From NCBI GenBank assembly GCA_012515515.1, contig JAAYYE010000010.1, positions 18,258-82,257 of the forward strand: a stretch of DNA of 64,000 nt, in the 5' to 3' direction. Shown here one piece after another: positions 57,203 through 64,000 of this stretch (within the stretch, counting starts at the first letter, position 1; the number at the start of each line of letters is the position of its first letter). This DNA is from Minisyncoccota bacterium (lineage in GTDB: Bacteria > Patescibacteriota > Microgenomatia > UBA1400 > PJMF01). The notes beneath the pieces were generated by a model that saw only the letters and a list, made by a program, of their open reading frames with translations, searched no databases and was not told the DNA's origin. The position numbers and the translations under genes were made by a program.

Positions 57203-57794
57203 ATTCTAGTAAATTAATACTATTTAAATCTCTTTGAGAAATAATTAACTCATCTTTATTAAAAGGCCATTGGATATTTAAATCTGGGTCGAAAACAGAG
57301 ATCGCTTGATCGTCATCTTTATTGCGTTCTTGATAGCTTTGATCCACTCCATAAAGATAATAAACTGGGCCATTAATCGCACAAATGGAATTACCCAATT
57401 TAGCTGAAATATATAAGGATTCGCCAAAATCGCTTTGCTCATTGGCATTAATATTAAAATAAACAAGTTTTTTATAAGTGGGTGAGTCTTGTCTAATATC
57501 AGCAATTACTAATTGAGCTTGGCCACTAAGTACTGTCACCAATTTATTCCAATTTTCCGCATGAATTCCTCGTAACACCTTACTTTTTGAGACTGAGAGA
57601 TTAACTTGTTTAATTTGAAAATCAGGGTTGATTGCTTGACGAATCTGCTTGACTTCCATTGTTTGAGCAAAAAATCCTCTATCATCAATGTTTTTTACAT
57701 ATCTCAAATAAAATAAGCCATCAATTTCTGTCCGATAAATGTTATTGCTCAGCATCATTTTTTCATCTGCTTGATAATATGAAATTTGCTGCAT
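57186..57794 (-). CDS. dTDP-4-dehydrorhamnose 3,5-epimerase-like cupin (RmlC-like)
   Basis: Cupin core with DDRGFFAQT ... LRGIHAE ... KLV pattern, comparable to RmlC (DERGFF ... LRGLHFQ ... KLV). Overlaps rmlB by 17 nt. Confidence 0.6.
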   Translation of the reverse strand: MQQISYYQADEKMMLSNNIYRTEIDGLFYLRYVKNIDDRGFFAQTMEVKQIRQAINPDFQIKQVNLSVSKSKVLRGIHAENWNKLVTVLSGQAQLVIADIRQDSPTYKKLVYFNINANEQSDFGESLYISAKLGNSICAINGPVYYLYGVDQSYQERNKDDDQAISVFDPDLNIQWPFNKDELIISQRDLNSINLLEYEKKD

Positions 57795-57807
57795 AAGAGT
57801 CCTTGTT

Positions 57808-58008
57808 TTAATTGTCGGCTTCCTTATTTACCATTATTTTGGTGTTTTCGCATGTTTCAAGTTCTGTTTTTAGCTCTAGATGGCTATTTTCTAGAAGTTC
57901 ATATTTGCGTTTTTCATTTTCCAATGCCGACTGAAAATAACCAACTGCCAGTGCTAAAAAGATTAGTAATACAAAAATCAGCCGATTAAATGTTTCTTGT
58001 TTTAACAT
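57808..58008 (-). CDS. Small TM plus coiled-coil protein (FtsB/DivIC-like septum-formation initiator?)
   Basis: 66 aa: an N-terminal TM (LIFVLLIFLALAVGYF) followed by a heptad-like coiled coil. Assignment is by architecture only. Confidence 0.3.
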   Translation of the reverse strand: MLKQETFNRLIFVLLIFLALAVGYFQSALENEKRKYELLENSHLELKTELETCENTKIMVNKEADN

Positions 58009-58013
58009 TAATA

Positions 58014-59174
58014 TTAGTTTAACTCATTATTCGCCAAGAAATCTTGGAGAGTTTTTTTAAAAATCTCTAAATCGCGAATCTGATAAATCCATTGTCGCTG
58101 AGTTTGCCAGAGCGGAGGATTGTAAATTAAGCCATCGGCGTTTTCAGGATAGACGGGGATTGCAAAGCTAATAAATTTTGGCGCAGCAATTTCTTCATCT
58201 TCATTGTGGATGATTAACCAACTAGTAGCAATTCGGCCCACTTCATTGACGCTTAGCGATTGAGCAAAATGGTTAAGGTAAAAACGATATAATTGGCCAA
58301 ATTTTTCTGGCTCATTAAGTAAAAAATCAAGATTGAGGATTTGCTTTAACAAGGCTTGAAGCACCACTTGCTGTCTGTGACCCCTGGCTAAGTCGTTGCC
58401 TTGATCATCGCCGCTATTTCGACTGCGCATATATTGCATGGCGCGATTGCCATCCATTTTCTCCTGACCCTCTTCAAAAACTATGCTTTCATAAAGAATG
58501 GCAGGATCAGTTTCAATTGAAACATCAACATTTTTTCTGGGAAATAGTGGATCAGTAAAGCCTTCCTCAATAGTAATTTCTACTCCGCCAACTAAGTCGA
58601 TTAGTTCTTCTAAGGCATCTATTTCGATTAATAAGGTGTGATCAATGTCAATCCCAGTTAGTTCACTAATAGCCCGAGCGGGAAAATCAAGAGGCTCGTC
58701 GGGATTATCCTCTAAGCCATAATAATAAAGAGCATTAATGCGTGTTTGATAAGCTGAATGATAAATATCTCTCGGTAGAGCAATCGTTTTAATTTGATTG
58801 TTTTGCAAGTCTAGTTGCAACAAGATCATTGTGTCAGTTAATATAGCGCCATCATCTCTGCCTGCCAGCTGATCAGCACCGAGAATTAGCAGAGTTTTCT
58901 TTTTGATAGCCTGATCTTGATTTTCCAGTAAATGTGCTGAATCTTGTCTGAAGCTTTCAATGGTATTCAAGAGATCTTCTTGACTAATTTCTGCTCCGCG
59001 CAAAAATTGTTCCTGATATTTTTTTGCTCGCCGATAAACAATAAAAGTATTAATACCAGTGATAACGAGGAAGAGAAAAAAGAGAATTAAAATGACTCGC
59101 CAGAACCGACTAGGCTTTTTATATTCAATGCTAAGGGTCAGATCTTCTTGCGCTTCTAAAGATTTATTTTTCAT
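58014..59174 (-). CDS. LytR-CpsA-Psr (LCP) family cell-envelope polymer ligase
   Basis: N-terminal TM, then the LCP core with LILGADQLAGRDDGAILTDTMILLQLD and downstream conserved Arg residues. Confidence 0.8.
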   Translation of the reverse strand: MKNKSLEAQEDLTLSIEYKKPSRFWRVILILFFLFLVITGINTFIVYRRAKKYQEQFLRGAEISQEDLLNTIESFRQDSAHLLENQDQAIKKKTLLILGADQLAGRDDGAILTDTMILLQLDLQNNQIKTIALPRDIYHSAYQTRINALYYYGLEDNPDEPLDFPARAISELTGIDIDHTLLIEIDALEELIDLVGGVEITIEEGFTDPLFPRKNVDVSIETDPAILYESIVFEEGQEKMDGNRAMQYMRSRNSGDDQGNDLARGHRQQVVLQALLKQILNLDFLLNEPEKFGQLYRFYLNHFAQSLSVNEVGRIATSWLIIHNEDEEIAAPKFISFAIPVYPENADGLIYNPPLWQTQRQWIYQIRDLEIFKKTLQDFLANNELN

Positions 59175-59260
59175 AACTGTTCACCTAATATTTCTAATCC
59201 AAAGTATACTTTAAAAACAGCTTATTTTCAAAGCTTGAGAAAAGCATTAGAATAAACCTT

Positions 59261-60775
59261 ATGTTAAAGACAAAAGCCGGTAGTTCAGTTGCTCATTCAG
59301 CTCAATCAACAACCGAGGTCGACTTAAAAAAAATTAAGAAGAAATCTTTAAGTGGCATAATTTCTTTTTTTATCAGAACTGTTTTGCTGCAGGTGATTGG
59401 CTTTGTTTCAGCATTAATTCTCAGCGCGTTTTTAGGGCCTGAAGAGTTTGGCATTTATGGAATAGTTACCCAAATAATTGCCTTATTAATTTTTTTCTCT
59501 GATATTGGTTTAGCCTCTTCCTTAATTCAAGAAAAAAAGGAACCAAGTCGGGAAGATTATCAAACAGCCTTTACTGTGCAACAAATTTTGTCCTGGGTTA
59601 TTTGTTTAGTAGTGCTTTTACTAATTCATTTTTCTGTATTTGAACAAAAAATTGGCCAGGATGGAAATTATTTACTATTAGCTTTAGCTGTTTCTTTTCC
59701 TCTTGCTACTCTCAAAACAATTCCTTCAATTATCCTGACGAGAAAATTAGAATTTGATAAATTAGTTTTGCCACAAATTTTTGAACAATTAGTTTTTCAT
59801 GTTGTGCTGATTGTTTTAGCTTGGAGAGGTCATGGAGTAATGTCTTATGCCTATGCCAGCATTGCTCGTAGTTTAATTGGGGTAGTGGTCATGCAACTTA
59901 TTCAGCCCTGGTTTTCTGGCCTAAAAATTCATAAAAAATCCCTCAAAGGTCTGCTAAATTTTGGAGTAAAATTTCAACTTAATGATTTTCTAGCTAGAAT
60001 CAAAGATCAATTATATTTTTTAGTCTTGGGCGCCTATTTGCCACTTGATCAGTTTGGTTATTTGCAGTGGTCAAAAAATTGGTCGATGTATCCATATAAT
60101 CTAACAGTTTCCAATGTGATGTCGATTACTTTTCCCACCTTTTCTCGTTTACAAAATCATCCAGAAGTTTTAAAAAAAGCGATTGAAAAATCAATTTATT
60201 TTATTAGTTTCGCTATTTTTCCTATTTTAGTTGGCATGTCTTTATTTATTCAGCCATTGTTGACGGTTTTTCCACGTTATGCCAAATGGCTGCCAGCCGT
60301 GCCTAGTTTCATTATGTTTACCCTCAGCGTAATCTGGGCAGCTATATCGACACCACTCTTAAATGCGCTCAATGCTATAGGCAAAATTAATCAAACCTTA
60401 AAACTAATGTTGTTTTGGACAGTTCTAACTTGGGTGTTAACGCCGATATTAATTTGGTTCTTTGGTTTCAATGGTGTTGCGCTAGCGGCATTATTAATTT
60501 CTTTAACTTCGATATTGTCGGTAATGTTGATTAAAAAATATGTGTCAGTGACTATTTGGCCGAATGTGAATGCACAAGTTGTAGCTTCTTTAGTTATGAC
60601 AGTGTTTGCTATGGCTGGGATGTCGATTTGGACTCAGTCTTTAACTAAATTATTTTTTGGTTTAGTTCTTAGTGGCTTTAGTTATTTACTAACTTTTTAT
60701 TTCTTATCAGGCAAGCGTTTGTTTAAGGAAATTCAGTCAATTAGAAACAATCTCTCAAAAGATAAATCACAATAA
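59261..60775 (+). CDS. Polysaccharide/oligosaccharide flippase (Wzx-like, MOP superfamily)
   Basis: About 14 TM helices with the polysacc_synt-type topology. Divergent from the LCP gene. Confidence 0.7.
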   Translation: MLKTKAGSSVAHSAQSTTEVDLKKIKKKSLSGIISFFIRTVLLQVIGFVSALILSAFLGPEEFGIYGIVTQIIALLIFFSDIGLASSLIQEKKEPSREDYQTAFTVQQILSWVICLVVLLLIHFSVFEQKIGQDGNYLLLALAVSFPLATLKTIPSIILTRKLEFDKLVLPQIFEQLVFHVVLIVLAWRGHGVMSYAYASIARSLIGVVVMQLIQPWFSGLKIHKKSLKGLLNFGVKFQLNDFLARIKDQLYFLVLGAYLPLDQFGYLQWSKNWSMYPYNLTVSNVMSITFPTFSRLQNHPEVLKKAIEKSIYFISFAIFPILVGMSLFIQPLLTVFPRYAKWLPAVPSFIMFTLSVIWAAISTPLLNALNAIGKINQTLKLMLFWTVLTWVLTPILIWFFGFNGVALAALLISLTSILSVMLIKKYVSVTIWPNVNAQVVASLVMTVFAMAGMSIWTQSLTKLFFGLVLSGFSYLLTFYFLSGKRLFKEIQSIRNNLSKDKSQ

Positions 60776-60788
60776 ATTAAAGGATAAG

Positions 60789-61886
60789 TTGAAGAATAAA
60801 TTAAAGGCGCTGTTTAATAAAGAAAATTTATTATTATTTTTTTTCAAAATTTTTATAATTTTTGTTTTAATCTTGTTATTGGCAGAAGTTTTTTTAATTG
60901 ATTTGAGCGGATTTTTTAATGCTAGATTATTTTTATTATTTTTATTAATTTGCTTGCTATTTTTCAGAATTAAAAAAATCAAACTTTTTAATCATCGCTT
61001 TAGTAATTTTTTAGCTTTGATTGCCATCTGTTTAACGGGACTTGTTACGTTTTTAATGCTGCTTGAAAAAAAACATGGCTTTCAATACCTTGAAACAACT
61101 TTTTTTATATCTTATTCTCGAATGATTTATCTAGTTTTGTTCAACACTGCTTTGGCCGCTTATGGACAATCATTTTATTTAAACAAAAGTAAAATGAAAT
61201 TATTTTTATTTTTTCTACCGCTTCTTTTATATCTTTTAGCGCTTTTTGTTTATTTGAGAAACAATCAGTTGTTTAGAATTCTTATTCAAGATGATCACCT
61301 AGTTGAATATTCACAATTTTTTTTATTACTGTTATCGTCGATCACTTGTCTCTTTTTGCAAAAATATTGGTGGAAAAAGGACAAAATATTAGCTATTTTA
61401 TTTTTATTATTAGCAATTGCTTGTTTTTTTGTTGCTGGAGAAGAAATTTCCTGGGGTCAGCGAATTTTCAATATTGAAACACCGCAACAGTTGGCTGAAA
61501 GAAATACCCAAGAAGAATTAACCATTCACAACATCGATGTTCTATTTGGCATGGTTTATCGAGCTTACATGCTGATTGGTTTGGTCGGTAGCACTGCTTG
61601 GTTTTTCCTCAAAATAAGTCGTAAATTTTTATCTAAAAAAACTAAACTTATTTTAAGCAATATTGTTCCAGACTGGTTTTTATCACCCTATTTTGCTGTC
61701 GCCTTTTTTTATAACCTTGACCGAATTTACTTAAATCCAAGAACAGGTGAGGAACTCTGGGAAGAGCCAATGGAATTATTATTAATGTTTGGAATTTATT
61801 TATTTTTATTAATTAAATATTTTCGAGTCAAACAGAGTAAACATACAAAATTCAAAAATTTTCAAAAAAAATTACTAATTGAATAA
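60789..61886 (+). CDS. Hypothetical polytopic membrane protein (10 or more TM)
   Basis: Hydrophobic throughout. It could be a polymerase or ligase partner of the flippase, but no diagnostic motif was seen. Confidence 0.35.
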   Translation: MKNKLKALFNKENLLLFFFKIFIIFVLILLLAEVFLIDLSGFFNARLFLLFLLICLLFFRIKKIKLFNHRFSNFLALIAICLTGLVTFLMLLEKKHGFQYLETTFFISYSRMIYLVLFNTALAAYGQSFYLNKSKMKLFLFFLPLLLYLLALFVYLRNNQLFRILIQDDHLVEYSQFFLLLLSSITCLFLQKYWWKKDKILAILFLLLAIACFFVAGEEISWGQRIFNIETPQQLAERNTQEELTIHNIDVLFGMVYRAYMLIGLVGSTAWFFLKISRKFLSKKTKLILSNIVPDWFLSPYFAVAFFYNLDRIYLNPRTGEELWEEPMELLLMFGIYLFLLIKYFRVKQSKHTKFKNFQKKLLIE

Positions 61887-61933
61887 GTTTCTATTATTTA
61901 AATATTGACGGAACGCTTTTACCTAAATCTAAT

Positions 61934-63841
61934 TTATCGTTCAGCAAAGACGGCAGTTATTTCTAAATTTTTTGTTGGATTAATCAATAAATTCTTTTTT
62001 CTTAAACTTTCTGGGTTTAAATCATCACTTAGCCAGGATACAAAGTTACAAGTTTTACTTGATAAGCCTTCAAGAGCAAGTGGCTTGTTTAATGGGTAAT
62101 CGCCAAGCCAGGGAAAATGATTGGCATCAAGAGTTAAAGAATTAACTTTAACTTCAGCAACACAAGGACCCTGAGTATTAATTTTTATCTCATATAAACC
62201 CGCCAATTCAAAGTATTGGATTAGGTGGTTTTTGACGTAAGCTGGTCGATTGCTGGCAAAATTTTTTAATTTTTCAATATTTTGATACCAAGCTTCTTTA
62301 CTAGTTAACATGCCTTCAGTTTGATCTCCCCAACGCGCAATATGTCGAATAATTTCCTGATCAATGCGAGCACTCAACTCTTCAATCTTTTTGATTACAG
62401 TTTCCTCTTTAAAAGCGCTATTTAGCAAATCAAAATATCTACTGACAAATTTATTTCTAAAATCTGGGTTATCAAATAAATTTTTAAAAACATATTCTTC
62501 TCTATCAAGTTTATAAAACATGTCTAGCGAGAGAGCATCGTCCTTAACCAAGTGGTTCATGTTTTTCGGGCCATCTAGGGCAAAACCATAATCGGTATCA
62601 TAAATCAACCAGCGCCAACGACCATCGAGCGGACTTAGTGTTTCTTCAAAAATGTTATTTTTATATCGCCAAAACTTATAATTAGCGTGTGGCCAATCAT
62701 AGTTGGCATAAAACATTTCGGCAATGTTGTAATCAATAAAATTGTTTACATCAATCTTATTTATTACCTTTTGGTAATTAGAAGTGATTATTAAATAGTT
62801 ATTTCTTACAAAGTTAATTAACTCCGTGTAAGAATCACCATCTTTTTCTTTACCGATTTTAATCTTTGGCAAACCCTTTTTATCTAAATAATTGTGAGTT
62901 ACCGAAACAATAATGTTTTTAGATTCAAGCTTATAATCTGCATAATTTTGGACAAAATAATCTCGATTATATCTTTCTCTAACATTATAAATTCCCCAAT
63001 AATCACCATTTAAAAAAACGACAGCTGGACGACAAGCCTGAGTGCTTAAATCAGTATTATTTAGCAAAAGCTCTTGCATCAAACAATCACGAAATAAGGT
63101 TGAATACCAGTCGTTGCCTGAATTACTTATCTTTAAACTGTCAAAAATCTTTCTTTCTCGATCGGGAAAGATTTGATAGTTGATTTGATTGTTTGGCTCT
63201 GAGTCAGCAAAATAAAGGTTAAAAGATTTTTGGGGAAAATAAGCGCTTGAACCTCCTGAAATTTTTATATTTATTGACCTAGAAAATATTTCTTGATTAT
63301 TTTCAAAATAGCTTAAATGAGCTGGTCTTTTCCAGGAATCATCTTGTTTGGTGAAATTGGCAATATTGGGATCATTACCCACAACATAAATGCCAATCTC
63401 ATTATCCCAAAGATTAGGTGGATTAGTGTTGATAGCAAGAATTGGCAGATCGCTGCTAAAATTTATAAAATAATTTTTATGAACCACACTGCTCAATTGT
63501 TTATTATTTTTGAAAAGAGCGGCTTTGATTATAGTATTGTTCTTAACAAGTAATCCCTTAGCGCTTTCATACAAATGTGATTGAGGGGTCGGTGTGGAAC
63601 CGTCAAGAGTATAAAAAATTTGAGCATTTTTAATGGGAGAAATTATCTCAAGCTGAATTTCCTCATCTGAAAAATTATTGCTGGGTGTAAAAAATAAGTT
63701 TTGTTTTAATATTCTAATTTTAAAAAAAGTGCTTTGAGAAAAAACTAAAAATATTAATACAATGATTAAAAAGGGGGCAATATTTTTCAGCCAATTTTTT
63801 GAATGCAATGGTTTTTTATTTTTTTTGTTTTTAATTATCAT
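61934..63841 (-). CDS. CotH-like kinase-fold secreted protein with an N-terminal chitobiase/hexosaminidase-C-type domain
   Basis: N-terminal TM/signal segment. A YTLDGSTPT motif (CHB_HEX_C-like) lies near the N-terminus. Central and C-terminal CotH-like blocks are present (DYNIAEMFYANYDWPHANYKFW ... RWRWLIYDTDYGF). Confidence 0.5.
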   Translation of the reverse strand: MIIKNKKNKKPLHSKNWLKNIAPFLIIVLIFLVFSQSTFFKIRILKQNLFFTPSNNFSDEEIQLEIISPIKNAQIFYTLDGSTPTPQSHLYESAKGLLVKNNTIIKAALFKNNKQLSSVVHKNYFINFSSDLPILAINTNPPNLWDNEIGIYVVGNDPNIANFTKQDDSWKRPAHLSYFENNQEIFSRSINIKISGGSSAYFPQKSFNLYFADSEPNNQINYQIFPDRERKIFDSLKISNSGNDWYSTLFRDCLMQELLLNNTDLSTQACRPAVVFLNGDYWGIYNVRERYNRDYFVQNYADYKLESKNIIVSVTHNYLDKKGLPKIKIGKEKDGDSYTELINFVRNNYLIITSNYQKVINKIDVNNFIDYNIAEMFYANYDWPHANYKFWRYKNNIFEETLSPLDGRWRWLIYDTDYGFALDGPKNMNHLVKDDALSLDMFYKLDREEYVFKNLFDNPDFRNKFVSRYFDLLNSAFKEETVIKKIEELSARIDQEIIRHIARWGDQTEGMLTSKEAWYQNIEKLKNFASNRPAYVKNHLIQYFELAGLYEIKINTQGPCVAEVKVNSLTLDANHFPWLGDYPLNKPLALEGLSSKTCNFVSWLSDDLNPESLRKKNLLINPTKNLEITAVFAER

Positions 63842-63876
63842 TTAAATTTACTAGGGTTTATGTTTTGCCAAATAGT

Positions 63877-64000
63877 TTATTCAAGTTGAATACCAATTTT
63901 TCCATGTTCTGAAAATAAATTATTATTTTCGTTGGCTGGATAAACAATTTTTATGCTTTTACCATTTTCTTTTTTAGTAATAGCGGGTTCAATCAAATAT
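63877..64000 (-). CDS. 3' end of a minus-strand CDS continuing beyond the window (partial)
   Basis: An open frame on the minus strand from the window edge (...YLIEPAITKKENGKSIKIVYPANENNNLFSEHGKIGIQLE*) ends with TAA at 63877-63879. It is not in the ORF track because it is truncated. Confidence 0.3.
   Translation of the reverse strand, partial: YLIEPAITKKENGKSIKIVYPANENNNLFSEHGKIGIQLE

Noticed and set aside
1-64000. Alternative genetic code (UGA recoded), as in some CPR lineages
   Set aside because: TGA terminates several well-supported genes at the expected length, for example rmuC at 1056-1058. The long ORFs are uninterrupted under the standard code.
1-64000. CRISPR array, transposase, integrase or prophage
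   Set aside because: No short regularly spaced repeats were found, and no transposase, integrase or recombinase-like ORFs. No direct repeat of either tRNA 3' end was found nearby.

Overview
This 64-kb window is low-GC (about one-third G+C by eye) and uses the standard genetic code; TGA is used as a stop at several gene ends. The gene content and protein style suggest a small-genome, fermentative bacterium of the Patescibacteria/CPR type, but that taxonomic placement is an inference only. It is densely coding: about 65 CDSs, most with tightly abutting or overlapping ends, plus two tRNA genes, both on the minus strand.

- **Housekeeping block (1–11 kb):** rmuC, aspS, a D-Ala-D-Ala carboxypeptidase, gltX, ybeY, dnaX, ybaB, rdgB and fbaB.
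- **Efflux pump (11.7–14.7 kb):** a MacAB-like tripartite ABC efflux system (adaptor, ATPase, FtsX-type permease).
- **Least explained stretch (14.8–19.9 kb):** an orphan 140-aa gene with its own terminator; a ~380-bp GC-rich structured non-coding region next to tRNA-Glu(CTC); and a run of secreted or membrane-anchored proteins that includes a TasA/camelysin-like protein with a SipW-cognate-type signal peptide and a CAP/SCP-domain protein.
- **Further housekeeping:** an rmlA-like sugar nucleotidyltransferase, frr, rseP, secDF, cca, recJ and prmC.
- **Thiol-disulfide module:** a DsbA-like protein plus a glutaredoxin/DsbD-like membrane fusion.
- **Fermentative core:** pflB, pflA and an ADP-forming acetyl-CoA synthetase, followed by a fused coaD-coaE gene and xth.
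- **Around tRNA-Gln(CTG):** a nucleotidyltransferase-like protein overlapping a degenerate membrane histidine-kinase-like protein, then an OmpR-type response regulator that convergently overlaps a sensor-less soluble histidine kinase.
- **Glycosylation operon (45–54.5 kb, minus strand):** ugd, an epimerase/reductase, gmd, two GT2 polyprenol-phosphate-sugar synthases (one fused to a GtrA-like domain) and three GT-C (ArnT/PMT-like) membrane glycosyltransferases.
- **Envelope polysaccharide genes (54.6–64 kb):** trmD, rmlBCD, an LCP ligase, a Wzx-like flippase and a CotH-like secreted protein.

No CRISPR array, transposase, integrase or rRNA was seen. The notable sequence-level signals are an A10 slippery tract in dnaX with an immediate stop in the -1 frame, the structured non-coding element beside tRNA-Glu, the TasA-like secreted protein cluster, the coaDE fusion, and the unusual layout of the two-component system.
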